Positions 18,541 to 27,496 of a DNA stretch of 36,383 nt are shown piece after piece. The stretch comes from an uncultured Gammaproteobacteria bacterium. Lineage in GTDB: Bacteria > Pseudomonadota > Gammaproteobacteria > GCA-001735895. The position numbers and the translations under genes are program-made. The notes under the pieces were generated by a model. That model saw only the letters and a list, made by a program, of their open reading frames with translations, was not told the origin of the DNA and searched no databases. Position 1 is the first letter of the stretch. Each line of letters opens with the position of its first letter. The DNA lies in NCBI GenBank assembly GCA_937980285.1, contig CALJQI010000063.1, forward strand, positions 1 to 36,383, written 5' to 3'.

Positions 18541-19848
18541 ATGGAACCACGACAAATCTTCATATCGATCACGATTGTCATTTTGTCCACGCTTGCTCTG
18601 TACTTACTGATCGCCTGGCAACTGTTGCAGGACCCTGCGCAGGAATCTTTACGGGCCGATAAAAACGGCTCGGCAACCATTGTCACTGCTGCTCCAGCGG
18701 AAAAACCAGTCGATACAGGCGCAACGCCGAAGGCCAGCAGGCCTGAGCCGGTTGCCGACAGCCAGGCCGGCGGCCGCAAAATACTGGAAATCTTCGGCCG
18801 CGTTACTGATACCGACGGCCAGCCGATCGAAGGCGTGCTGATCGCCGAAGAGCGTTACTTCGCCAACGCTCGCAGCGACGATACAGGCCACTACAGGATA
18901 CTGCTCGATATTCCGCGGCATCGCTACCCGAACCTGCATTTCCTGCGCAGCGGGTATGACGGCCAGCGTATTCGACTGGGTAAAAAAGAGCTGCAGCAAA
19001 CACCGCTATACGAACTGGACGTCAGCCTCGAAGATGCGCTCGACTCGGTTGATCTCGAAGGATGGATAGGCAACGAAGCCGGCTTCGGTCTGGAGGGCGC
19101 CCGCGTCGAGCTCAGCGCCAGCTATACCCGCAACCGCGACAGCTTCTACCTGACCGATTTCACCGACAGCAACGGTAACTTCGCATTCGAAGGCGTACGC
19201 TCCGGCGAAACCTACAAGTTTTCGGTCAACCTGACGCCCGAGTACCCCTACTATGAAGACCTCGATTTTCGCGTCACGCAAAATCCCGAGCAAATCAGTA
19301 TCGTGCTCAAAAAACTCAGTTTCGTCGACATAGACGGCATGATCCTGGATCGTAGCTCGACACCGGTACCCGATTACGAAATGTACATCAACAACGTCAC
19401 CACGGGCATTCACACGCGCAAGATCGTCAGCGACTCGTCGGGATATTTCTCCCTGCCCAACTTCCCGCTGGGCGAAGTCAGGCTGTCGACGCGCGGTGCC
19501 GAGTTTTTCAAGATTTCGGGATTACAGATAACCGGGAATAGCTACCAGAACCTGAAACTCGTGGTCGATCGCGGCAATCATTATCTCTCCGGATGGGTCA
19601 GCGACAACAACGGCGTCGCGGTGGGAAGAGCCATGGTCACGCTCGACCGCAAGTTTCACAACGCCGGCATCGAGCACAGCAGCTACCGTTCACAGGCCAC
19701 CGACAGCAACGGCGGATTCGCTTTCGAAAACCTCGGCGATGGCGACTACCACGTTACCGTCTACGCGCTCGGCTATGTAAAACAGGACTTCAATCACCGC
19801 TTCGACGGTCAGTCCGACGAGATATTCATAACCCTGAAACGCGACTAG
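18541..19848 (+). CDS. membrane-anchored protein with repeated carboxypeptidase-regulatory-like (CarboxypepD_reg) domains
   Basis: N-terminal TM segment (IFISITIVILSTLALYLLIAW). Four repeats of the G-x-V/I-x-D-x-x-G-x-P/A-hydrophobic-x-G/A-A type (GRVTDTDGQPIEGVLI, GWVSDNNGVAVGRAMVTL and others). Start set to ATG 18541. Confidence 0.6.
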   Translation: MEPRQIFISITIVILSTLALYLLIAWQLLQDPAQESLRADKNGSATIVTAAPAEKPVDTGATPKASRPEPVADSQAGGRKILEIFGRVTDTDGQPIEGVLIAEERYFANARSDDTGHYRILLDIPRHRYPNLHFLRSGYDGQRIRLGKKELQQTPLYELDVSLEDALDSVDLEGWIGNEAGFGLEGARVELSASYTRNRDSFYLTDFTDSNGNFAFEGVRSGETYKFSVNLTPEYPYYEDLDFRVTQNPEQISIVLKKLSFVDIDGMILDRSSTPVPDYEMYINNVTTGIHTRKIVSDSSGYFSLPNFPLGEVRLSTRGAEFFKISGLQITGNSYQNLKLVVDRGNHYLSGWVSDNNGVAVGRAMVTLDRKFHNAGIEHSSYRSQATDSNGGFAFENLGDGDYHVTVYALGYVKQDFNHRFDGQSDEIFITLKRD

Positions 19849-19990
19849 CCGGATCGCCAAAATCGACAGGTTTCGAGTGATCGCGCCAGGCTGGAGCTGC
19901 GTATAAATTGCAATCGACATTACTATGAAAGTGGCACTGGCGCAGGTTCTCATCCCTGCGCAGGCACGACAGGGAACGAGAGCTGACAAC

Positions 19991-21772
19991 ATGATTTTTT
20001 CGCAAAATTATCATTTCGATTTCGACCACCCGGTGGACAGCCTGTGGGCCGTGGTTTCCGATACGCCACGCTGGGGGGAAGCCCTGGGCATGCCCCGATA
20101 CCAGGTCAGCGAGGAATTGCAGACCAATGGCAGCGTCAGCGTTTTCGGCAAACTGGAAATCGCAGGAATTACAATTGCCTGGGAGGAACCTCCAGCCAAC
20201 TGGATCGCCGAGCGCTGGTTCGATCAGCAGCGTATATTTAGCCGAGGACCGATTAACAGCATGACCACCCGCGCCAGGCTGGAAGATCATGGCGACCGTA
20301 GCGAGCTGGCTCTGGAACTGGAGTTCGATACCCGCAACCTGATTGGAACCTTTATCGGAAAACGCATGCTGGCGGTCTACGAGAATAAAATCAACGCATT
20401 GCTGCAGACCGCAGACCGCTTGATCAGGGCGGAGCAATCGAGCCTGTTCGAATCCAACTACCAGCCCTCCCAGGCGGCGCAGGCGAGGGCCGCAAAACTG
20501 GTCGACTCGATCGCCGACACAGCCTACGGACATGGCCTGGGCCAGCGCCTGGTGGACTACATCAACCACAGCCAGGAGGTCGATTTGTGGGCGATGCGCC
20601 CGATCGAGATTGCCCGACACTGGGGAACCGGCAGCCGTGAAACGATAGAACTGTTCCTGCAATCGGTGCGCTCGGGACTACTCGAATCTCGCTGGGACAT
20701 TTTGTGCCCGCGCTGCCGCGTAACTAAATCGACGTCGTCGAGTATCGGTGAATTACCGCAAGCTGTGCATTGCGATGCCTGCAACATCGATTTCGAATCT
20801 GATTTTGCCCGCAACGTCGAGTTGAGTTTCAGCCCCAGCCCGTCGATACGCCAGGTCGGGTACGGCTTTTACTGCCGCTCCGGCCCCGGCGTTACGCCGC
20901 ATATCAAGGGTCAGTGTGTGCTGGCCGCCGGGGAACGTCGCTCCTTGCCGCTGGCCTTGCAACCCGGCGATTACCGCCTGCGCACGCTCGAAGCCGGGGA
21001 CGAGATCGAAGTAAAATGGGGTGGAGGCCCCTTCCCCGAAATTCACGTTGCCGATGACGAGGTGACAATCGGCGGCGACTCCGCGGACGGCTCAATCTTC
21101 ATAGCGAACGACGGCGAACTTTCTCGCAGTATTGTTATCGAGGAGCAAAACTGGCTGCGAGATGTTCTCACGGCTGAACACGCGACCACGATGCAGGCGT
21201 TTCGTGACCTTTTTTCAGACCAGGTCCTGCGCCCCGGCGACGAGGTCAGCATCCGTAACATCGCCTTCGCGTTCACCGATCTGGTCGGCTCCGCGGATCT
21301 GTTTTCACGCATCGGCGACGCCGCGGCCTATCAGCTGGTGCGTGAACACTTTGCCGAGTTCGGAGAAATCATACGCCGTCACCGGGGTAATATTGTCAAA
21401 ACCGTCGGCGATGGAGTGCATGCCGCATTTCGAAGCCCCGACGACGCCCTGCTCGCATCGATAGAAATGCAACTGGGGATGCCGCAATTCAATCGCCGCT
21501 TCGACTCGAGTGACATCGCCATCCGCATCGGCTTGCACGCCGGCAGCAGTATCGCGGTGACGCTGAACGATCGTCTCGATTACTATGGCGAGGCGGTAAA
21601 CCTGGCGGCGCGACTCGAAGGCCGGGGCGAGGCCGGCGATATCGTCATGTCAAAAGCGTTTACCGCTGACCCGGCGGTTAGTGATATTCTGGCGGCCTAT
21701 GATCTACAACAGCAGGACCTGAGACTTAAGGGGTTCACCGACCCCGTCACCGCCTGCCTGATACACCCGTAA
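19991..21772 (+). CDS. class III adenylate/guanylate cyclase with an SRPBCC-like N-terminus and a Cys4 ribbon middle region
   Basis: C-terminal cyclase motifs FAFTDLVGS and KTVGDGVHAAF. Middle region CPRC...CDAC. Start set to ATG 19991. Confidence 0.8.
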   Translation: MIFSQNYHFDFDHPVDSLWAVVSDTPRWGEALGMPRYQVSEELQTNGSVSVFGKLEIAGITIAWEEPPANWIAERWFDQQRIFSRGPINSMTTRARLEDHGDRSELALELEFDTRNLIGTFIGKRMLAVYENKINALLQTADRLIRAEQSSLFESNYQPSQAAQARAAKLVDSIADTAYGHGLGQRLVDYINHSQEVDLWAMRPIEIARHWGTGSRETIELFLQSVRSGLLESRWDILCPRCRVTKSTSSSIGELPQAVHCDACNIDFESDFARNVELSFSPSPSIRQVGYGFYCRSGPGVTPHIKGQCVLAAGERRSLPLALQPGDYRLRTLEAGDEIEVKWGGGPFPEIHVADDEVTIGGDSADGSIFIANDGELSRSIVIEEQNWLRDVLTAEHATTMQAFRDLFSDQVLRPGDEVSIRNIAFAFTDLVGSADLFSRIGDAAAYQLVREHFAEFGEIIRRHRGNIVKTVGDGVHAAFRSPDDALLASIEMQLGMPQFNRRFDSSDIAIRIGLHAGSSIAVTLNDRLDYYGEAVNLAARLEGRGEAGDIVMSKAFTADPAVSDILAAYDLQQQDLRLKGFTDPVTACLIHP

Positions 21773-21779
21773 TCTGACA

Positions 21780-22052
21780 ATGAGCAAACAAACCGATAAT
21801 TGGTCGCTTTACATCATCGAAGCCAGCGACGCCTCGTATTACACCGGCATTACCACCGATATCGAACGCCGCTTCGACGAGCATCGCCAGGGACAAAAAG
21901 GCGCCAAGTATTTCAATGGCCGCAACCCGCTCGGGGTGGTCTACCGCGAGGACGGCCACAGCCGCAGCAGCGCCAGCCGCCGCGAGGCCGAAATCAAGAA
22001 ACTGTCGCGCAGCGAGAAGCAAAGCCTCATTGCCGAGGCGGGCCTGAGGTGA
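21780..22052 (+). CDS. GIY-YIG nuclease-superfamily small protein (YhbQ/UPF0213-like)
   Basis: WSLYIIEASDASYYTGITTDIERRFDEHRQG followed by a conserved R/E (RREAEIKK). Confidence 0.75.
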   Translation: MSKQTDNWSLYIIEASDASYYTGITTDIERRFDEHRQGQKGAKYFNGRNPLGVVYREDGHSRSSASRREAEIKKLSRSEKQSLIAEAGLR

Positions 22053-22669
22053 CCACACCCCAACTGCTCGGTGACGGTGGAGTCGAACGACTGCCGCTAT
22101 TGGATGCCGATCTGTTGCTGTGGCCGGCGGTCGATCTCGGCCAGGACTACGATTCGCTGCTGCGACGGCTAATCGATACCACCGAATGGCGTCAGCAGCA
22201 GATTACCGTTTACGGCAAGTCCTGCCTGCAGCCTCGCCTGAGCGCCTGGCATGGCGATCTTGCATACAGCTATTCCGGCATCAGGCTCGAGCCTCGGCCC
22301 TGGACTCCCGTCCTGCAAGAACTCAGGCGGCAGGTCGAATCCCTGACCGGGCAGGAGTTCAACAGCGTTCTGCTCAATTATTATCGCGATGAAAACGACG
22401 GCATGGGCATGCACAGCGACGATGAACGCGAGCTCGGCGAGCAACCGGCGATCGCGTCGCTAAGCCTTGGGGAAACGCGTGACCTGGTGCTCAAGCACCG
22501 CAGCCGCAAGGATCAGAAAACCGTCAAACTGCCGCTACCCGCGGGCAGCCTGCTGCTGATGCAGGGCGATACCCAGCGACACTGGCGCCATGGTATCAAC
22601 AAGCTGCGGCGCCCCTGCGCCGCGCGCATCAACCTGACCTTCCGCAAAATATTGCCAATCAAACGATAG
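22049..22669 (+). CDS. alkB: Fe(II)/2-oxoglutarate-dependent dioxygenase AlkB
   Basis: MHSDDE (HxD), HWRHGI (distal His) and RINLTFR (2OG Arg). The GTG start at 22049 overlaps the GIY-YIG stop (GTGA). The upstream part of ORF 21800..22669 is out-of-frame overlap with the GIY-YIG gene. Confidence 0.85.
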   Translation: MTTPQLLGDGGVERLPLLDADLLLWPAVDLGQDYDSLLRRLIDTTEWRQQQITVYGKSCLQPRLSAWHGDLAYSYSGIRLEPRPWTPVLQELRRQVESLTGQEFNSVLLNYYRDENDGMGMHSDDERELGEQPAIASLSLGETRDLVLKHRSRKDQKTVKLPLPAGSLLLMQGDTQRHWRHGINKLRRPCAARINLTFRKILPIKR

Positions 22670-22788
22670 CTTGACGTACAGCAAGTCGCGCCGCTGGTAC
22701 AGTCGCCGGTTACGGGTATAATCGTTTAACGCCCGTGGCGCACGCGCTGACGGGACTACTAACCGCAGCTCAGACTTCCGGAGCCAGC

Positions 22789-23145
22789 ATGACAGACATC
22801 GAACTGATCGAACTCACCAAAGCCTATGTCGCGTTATCCAATGCGCATCGCATAGACCTGATCATGCAGATGTTCGCCGCCGGCGCGCGTTACACCACCA
22901 CCACCGGCGGCGTATTCCGCGGGCGCGCCGCCATCGCCGACATGACGCAGGGCTATTTCAGGCGCTATCCCAATGCGCACCTGCATACCAGCAACTACCA
23001 ATGCGCCGACAACAGCGTCAGTTTCGATTTCACGATGAAGGCCAACGACGTCGACAGCGGCGAAGAGATAGAACACAGCGGTAACGAACAGTTCGAATTC
23101 ACCGCCGACGGATCGATTAAAAAAATTACCGTTGAAACCAGCTGA
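22789..23145 (+). CDS. SnoaL-like / NTF2-fold protein, copy 1
   Basis: 118 aa, about two-thirds identical by eye to copy 2. GGAG SD 5 nt upstream of ATG 22789. Confidence 0.65.
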   Translation: MTDIELIELTKAYVALSNAHRIDLIMQMFAAGARYTTTTGGVFRGRAAIADMTQGYFRRYPNAHLHTSNYQCADNSVSFDFTMKANDVDSGEEIEHSGNEQFEFTADGSIKKITVETS

Positions 23146-23172
23146 CTTCCCGCGCGCGCCGCTTAGTCGACA

Positions 23173-23271
23173 TCAATCGACCGCTGCCAGACAGCCGCTG
23201 CCTGTCGCCGAAAACGGCGGCCCCGGTTCCGCTTCGGGATATAAACGCGCGATCCACAGGGTAAATACATC
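23173..23271 (-). pseudogene. fossil 3' end of the downstream membrane-protein gene (paralogous to 23673..23771)
   Basis: Translates in frame as ...FTLWIARLYPEAEPGPPFSATGSGCLAAVD*, against the intact ...FVAWIARQVPELELDLPFSAIGSGYVAQAD*. No upstream remainder of the gene is present. Confidence 0.75.
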
Positions 23272-23280
23272 GCAACCAGT

Positions 23281-23637
23281 ATGACCGACACCGAATTGAT
23301 CGAACTGGCGAAAGCCTATGTGGCGCTGTCAAACTCGCATCGAATAAACCTGATCACGCCGATGTTCGCCGCCGGCGCGTGTTACAGCTCGTCCGCGGTC
23401 GGCGAGCATCGCGGACGCGCCGCCATCGGCGACATGATGCGCGGCTTTTTCAGCCGCTACCCCGACGTCTACTGGCAGGCGACGAACTATCGATGCGAGC
23501 GAAACCGCGTCAGTTTCGATTTCACCATGTCGGCGCATGAGGCTGGCAGCGGTGAGCGCCTCGAACGCAGCGGTCACGAGCAGTTCGAATTCACCGCCGA
23601 CGGATTGATCGAAAGGCTCGAGGTCGAAACCGCCTGA
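23281..23637 (+). CDS. SnoaL-like / NTF2-fold protein, copy 2
   Basis: 118-aa paralogue of 22789..23145. No clear SD; the position equivalent to copy 1's GGAG reads GCAA. Confidence 0.6.
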   Translation: MTDTELIELAKAYVALSNSHRINLITPMFAAGACYSSSAVGEHRGRAAIGDMMRGFFSRYPDVYWQATNYRCERNRVSFDFTMSAHEAGSGERLERSGHEQFEFTADGLIERLEVETA

Positions 23638-23672
23638 CGGGCAGAGCTGCCCGGTGGGCGGGCATAGCCACT

Positions 23673-24227
23673 TCAATCGGCTTGCGCGACGTATCCGCTG
23701 CCGATCGCCGAAAACGGTAAATCCAGTTCCAGCTCGGGGACCTGCCGCGCAATCCAGGCGACAAAGGTATTGCTGTTCGGACCGGGAAAAGCCTTGTATT
23801 GCGTTGACCAGGGGTAGCTGCGAGCGGCAACCTCGACAGCGTCGATCAGCAGTTCTGCCGACGGCCCCTGATGCGCCTTGAGCAGGCGCGGCCTGGCGCC
23901 GTACCAGTAACGATCCGGAACATCCCGATAAATGCCCGTCACCCGCTGGCCGTTACGACCTCGCCATCCGATCACATCGTAGAGGGTGTAGTGATTTTCG
24001 CCTTTACGCTTGGCGGCAATCCAGGTGTGGATCGCGAACCAGCCGCGCCAGCCCCAGGCATCGGCGCCGTAAACATGCAGCACCGCTTCGCTGGTCAGCG
24101 CCGGATCGGGCGCTATACCCGCCGACTCGCGGCTAGCCGTGCGCCAGTCGCCGCGCGAAGCGAAACTGAACAATGCCAGCGCGATTAACAACAGAACAAA
24201 AAACAGTTTCAAAAAACTCATCGTCAA
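23673..24227 (-). CDS. membrane-anchored protein of unknown function (resembles the DUF3750 family from memory)
   Basis: N-terminal TM segment, then WGWRGWFAIHTWIAAKRKGENHYTLYDVIGW. The family assignment is by recollection only. Confidence 0.55.
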   Translation of the reverse strand: MTMSFLKLFFVLLLIALALFSFASRGDWRTASRESAGIAPDPALTSEAVLHVYGADAWGWRGWFAIHTWIAAKRKGENHYTLYDVIGWRGRNGQRVTGIYRDVPDRYWYGARPRLLKAHQGPSAELLIDAVEVAARSYPWSTQYKAFPGPNSNTFVAWIARQVPELELDLPFSAIGSGYVAQAD

Positions 24228-24404
24228 TATGACAGCCGCCTGATTGAGAAATTCAATTCCGAGTCAGTCAAAAATCATCGCTGGCGGAGCTATAGTGGCC
24301 GAAGGAAAAAAACTCATACAATGGCGCCTGCCCGCAAATCGATGCCGGGATTAATCCTCGGTGGAAATTGAATCGTCGTCAAGGCCGAGCGGCCGCACAC
24401 GAAT

Positions 24405-25016
24405 TCAGGCGGCAATCAGCCTCGACGCCAGCGCCCTGGCCCGTTCTCTGGATTTGCGTGACAGTCGCTGATGTTTTTCCGCGCTGGCCAGGCCGGTAAA
24501 CAGTGTGCCAACCGATTTCGCGCCAATGGTCTTCGCGGCCGTGTCGAGCTGCCGCCCGCTGGCAAACAGCCAGCGCCCCATCCATGACGGCGCGGCGCTC
24601 GACGAGATCAACATCGCTGGTTTCTGCGTCAGGCCCTGTTTACGGAACTTCGGGTAGGGTTTATCCCAGGGCCAGTAGGCGTAGGCCACCAGGCGTTCCA
24701 TGAAACGTTTGAAGATCGCGGTAACCGAGCTGAAATTGGTCGGCGACGCCAGCACGTAGGCCTGCGACGCCTCGATTTTATCGATTAGTTCATGCATGCC
24801 GTCGTCAAGTACGCAGCGGCCCGGGCTGCTGCCGGGTTGCTGCGTGCATTCACGGCAATTCAAACAGAATTCGATCGGGTAATCGCGCAGGTTGATGACT
24901 TCGGTATCCGCACCAGCCTCGGCCAGGGCCTCGACCGTCACTTCGAGCGCCTGATCGGTGATGCCATCGTCACGATACGATCCGTTGATCACCAGTACTT
25001 TAATCTGATTTGTCAT
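24405..25016 (-). CDS. flavodoxin-fold NAD(P)H-dependent FMN reductase family protein
   Basis: KVLVINGSYRDDGITDQ N-terminus and the Cys motif CLNCRECTQ. GAGGGA SD. Confidence 0.7.
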   Translation of the reverse strand: MTNQIKVLVINGSYRDDGITDQALEVTVEALAEAGADTEVINLRDYPIEFCLNCRECTQQPGSSPGRCVLDDGMHELIDKIEASQAYVLASPTNFSSVTAIFKRFMERLVAYAYWPWDKPYPKFRKQGLTQKPAMLISSSAAPSWMGRWLFASGRQLDTAAKTIGAKSVGTLFTGLASAEKHQRLSRKSRERARALASRLIAA

Positions 25017-25060
25017 GATTCCCTCTGCTACTAAACTACGCCCAGCTCCGCTGGGCCACT

Positions 25061-25074
25061 TTGATGCATATCAA
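25061..25074. promoter_or_regulatory. perfect FNR/Anr/Dnr consensus box
   Basis: TTGATGCATATCAA is 10/10 of TTGAT-N4-ATCAA. It lies in the divergent intergenic region. A weak -10 TAGTTT (25038->25033, - strand) lies 32 bp from the box centre, facing the flavoprotein gene. Confidence 0.65.
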
Positions 25075-25144
25075 GCACTCGCAAATAGCCCGTGAAATGC
25101 GCCGCCGGGTCGCATAGAATCAGCGCGACAAAACAGGATCAACC

Positions 25145-26677
25145 GTGCCGACAACTCTGGAAAATCTGATTCAGCGACACGCACGCTATCGCGGCGACAG
25201 GCTGGCGGTCATCTGCGGCGATCAACGCCTCGACTGGGCGCAGTTCAACGCCACCGTCAACCGCGTCGGCAACGCGCTGCAGGCGCGCGGCATCGGCAAG
25301 GGCGACAAGGTCGCGACCGCACTGCCCAACAGCATGAATTTACTGGTCATTTACTGGGCCACGATTTCCATCGGCGCGGTGCTGGTGCCGCTCAGCCCGT
25401 TGCTCAAGGCCAGCGGGCTCGTCAATCTGCTCAATAACGCCGACGCCCGCCTGGTTTTCCTGGACCAGGCGTTGCTAACCGAACTGGGCGAGCGGTGCGC
25501 CGAGATCGGTGGTATCGACAGCGCCAACTACATCACGCTCGGCGATGCCGCCAGTGGCGACAGTAGCTATGCCGCGTTCATTGCCGATAGCCCCGAGACG
25601 CCGCCCGAGCGCCCCGAAATCAACCAGGACGACCTGTTCAACATCGTCTATTCCAGCGGCACCACGGGTTTGCCCAAGGGCATCATGCATAGCCACCAGG
25701 TGCGCGCCAATTACGGCAGCCACTTCGCTGCTTCATTCCGCATGACTCCCGAAAGTATCGTGCTGCACACCGGTTCGATCGTATTCAATGGCGCCTTCGT
25801 CACGCTGATGCCCTGCTTTTTCCTCGGCGCGCGTTACATCCTGCATCCGTATTTCGATGTCGAGGCGATGATCGAGACCGTGGCGCAGGAGAAAGTCACC
25901 CATATCATGATGGTGCCATCGCAGATTATCTCGCTACTGCAGAGCCCGAATTTCAGCCAGCACAACATGCAGTCGATGGAAATGCTGCTGACCATAGGCG
26001 CGCCGCTGCAGCAGCAGTACAAGGAAGCCGTCAACGCGGTAATTCCCGGCCGCTTTTACGAGCTCTACGGCCTGACCGAGGGCTTTGTTACCATTCTCGA
26101 CCGCAACGATTTCGATCAGCAGCCGGGCTCGGTCGGCTGCCCGCCGCCGGGATACGATATCCGTATCGTCGATGACCGCGGCAATGACCTCGAGCCCGGT
26201 CAGATTGGCGAAATCGTCGGCCGCGGACCGATTCTCTCTTCGGGTTACTACCGCCAGCCCGAACTGACGCGCGAGACTTTTCGCGGCGGCTGGCTGTTCA
26301 GCGGCGATCTCGGTTACCTCGACGACAGCGGTTTTTTGTATCTCGCCGGTCGCAAGAAAGAGTTGATCATTTCGGGCGGCGTCAACGTTTATCCGCAGGA
26401 CATCGAGGAGGTCGCCGGCGCGCATCCGCAGGTGCTCGAAGTCGCCGTGTTCGGCATCGATTCGGACAAGTGGGGAGAGTCCCCGGTGGCGGCGGTAGTA
26501 TTGCAAGCCGGGGCGTCATCGTCCGAGGGGGAGTTGAAGCAGTGGATCAACGAACGCGTCGAGGCGCGCTTCCAGAAAGTGTCGGATGTCGTCGTGGTCG
26601 AACAAATGCCGCGCAATGTCGCCGGCAAAACCCTTAAACACGAACTCAAGGAAAACTATCTTGCAAATCAAAAATAA
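25145..26677 (+). CDS. AMP-dependent acyl-CoA synthetase/ligase
   Basis: AMP-binding motif IVYSSGTTGLPKGIMHSH, plus GWLFSGDLGYLD and the C-terminal NVAGKTLK. GTG start. Confidence 0.85.
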   Translation: MPTTLENLIQRHARYRGDRLAVICGDQRLDWAQFNATVNRVGNALQARGIGKGDKVATALPNSMNLLVIYWATISIGAVLVPLSPLLKASGLVNLLNNADARLVFLDQALLTELGERCAEIGGIDSANYITLGDAASGDSSYAAFIADSPETPPERPEINQDDLFNIVYSSGTTGLPKGIMHSHQVRANYGSHFAASFRMTPESIVLHTGSIVFNGAFVTLMPCFFLGARYILHPYFDVEAMIETVAQEKVTHIMMVPSQIISLLQSPNFSQHNMQSMEMLLTIGAPLQQQYKEAVNAVIPGRFYELYGLTEGFVTILDRNDFDQQPGSVGCPPPGYDIRIVDDRGNDLEPGQIGEIVGRGPILSSGYYRQPELTRETFRGGWLFSGDLGYLDDSGFLYLAGRKKELIISGGVNVYPQDIEEVAGAHPQVLEVAVFGIDSDKWGESPVAAVVLQAGASSSEGELKQWINERVEARFQKVSDVVVVEQMPRNVAGKTLKHELKENYLANQK

Positions 26678-27425
26678 TACATTTGTTGTCACCGGCGCCG
26701 CACAGGGCCTGGGCGAAGCCATCAGCCTGTCGCTGGCGCAACACGGCGCCAGGCTCGCGTTACTCGACGTCAACGCCGAGCGGCTCGACCAGGTTCTGAA
26801 CGCCTGCAAGCAGGCCGGCGCCGCCGACTGCTTCGCTTTTACCTGCGACGTCTCCGACGAGACCAGCGTGCGCCGCTGTTTCGTCTCGATCGAGGAACAC
26901 CTGGGAGCGATTTCCGGACTGGTCAACAACGCCGGCATCCTGCGCGACGGCATGCTGGTCAAGGTCAAGGATGGCGAAATCGTCGACCGCATGTCGCTCG
27001 AGCAATGGCAGTCGGTGATCGACATCAACCTCACCGGGGTATTCCTGTGCGGACGCGAGGCGGCGACCAGCATGATCCGCAGCGGTGAGGGCGGCGTGAT
27101 CATCAACATCTCCAGCATCAGCCGCCACGGCAATCCGGGGCAGTCGAACTATGCCGCCGCCAAGGCCGGCGTCACCGGGCTGTGCTCGACCTGGGCACAG
27201 GAACTGGCGCGCTACAACATTCGCAGCGCGGCGATCGCACCGGGCGTATTCGAAACCGAGATGGTGGCCTCGCTCAAACCCGAGGCCCACGAACGTCTTG
27301 CCAACCTGGTCGCGCTCAGGCGCACCGGCGCGGTCGAGGAACTGGCGCATGCGGTCGAGTTCATCATAGAGAACGATTACTTCAGCGGCCGAATCCTCGA
27401 ACTCGACGGCGGCATGCGTTTTTAG
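26661..27425 (+). CDS. short-chain dehydrogenase/reductase (3-oxoacyl-ACP-reductase-like)
   Basis: VVTGAAQGLGEAI (TGxxxGxG), NNAG and YAAAKAG (YxxxK). TTG start at 26661 with AAGGAA 8 nt upstream. The longer ORF from 26586 only overlaps the ligase gene. Confidence 0.8.
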   Translation: MQIKNNTFVVTGAAQGLGEAISLSLAQHGARLALLDVNAERLDQVLNACKQAGAADCFAFTCDVSDETSVRRCFVSIEEHLGAISGLVNNAGILRDGMLVKVKDGEIVDRMSLEQWQSVIDINLTGVFLCGREAATSMIRSGEGGVIINISSISRHGNPGQSNYAAAKAGVTGLCSTWAQELARYNIRSAAIAPGVFETEMVASLKPEAHERLANLVALRRTGAVEELAHAVEFIIENDYFSGRILELDGGMRF

Positions 27426-27496
27426 CAAGCCACGATAATCTGGATCAGGGTAAGAGCTTCACCCTGGTTCGGGGGTGTCAGGCACCGTCGCAGCGG

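Larger units (their letters stand above)
22779..23771. repeat. tandem ~0.5-kb duplication in two diverged copies (about 22779-23271 and 23271-23771)
   Basis: Each copy holds a 118-aa SnoaL-like gene plus about 100 nt homologous to the 3' end of the convergent gene 23673..24227. The copies align without frame disruption. Confidence 0.8.

Noticed and set aside
21800-22048. N-terminal 83-codon extension of the AlkB ORF.
   Set aside because: It overlaps the GIY-YIG gene out of frame and has a low-complexity Arg/Pro/Gln-rich sequence. AlkB homology begins only after the GTG at 22049.
23126-23332. 68-aa minus-strand ORF across the duplication junction.
   Set aside because: It is in a different frame from the recognisable gene fossil and overlaps the start of SnoaL copy 2. 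It has no start signals.
24243-24257. Palindrome ATTGA-GAAAT-TCAAT upstream of gene 23673..24227 as an FNR/CRP-type site.
   Set aside because: The half-site spacing is one base short of the FNR consensus (TTGA-N5-TCAA instead of N6). It also lies only about 16 nt from the start codon.
5316-27428. Long antisense or out-of-frame ORFs: 5316..6128(-), 6673..7293(-), 7412..8116(-), 8530..9327(-), 15935..16699(-), 17280..18002(+), 19826..20662(-), 25934..26506(-), 26516..27133(-), 26760..27428(-), 27182..27955(+).
   Set aside because: Each lies inside a gene with clear family motifs on the other strand or frame. Their Arg/Ala/Gly/Pro-rich translations are typical shadow ORFs of GC-rich DNA.
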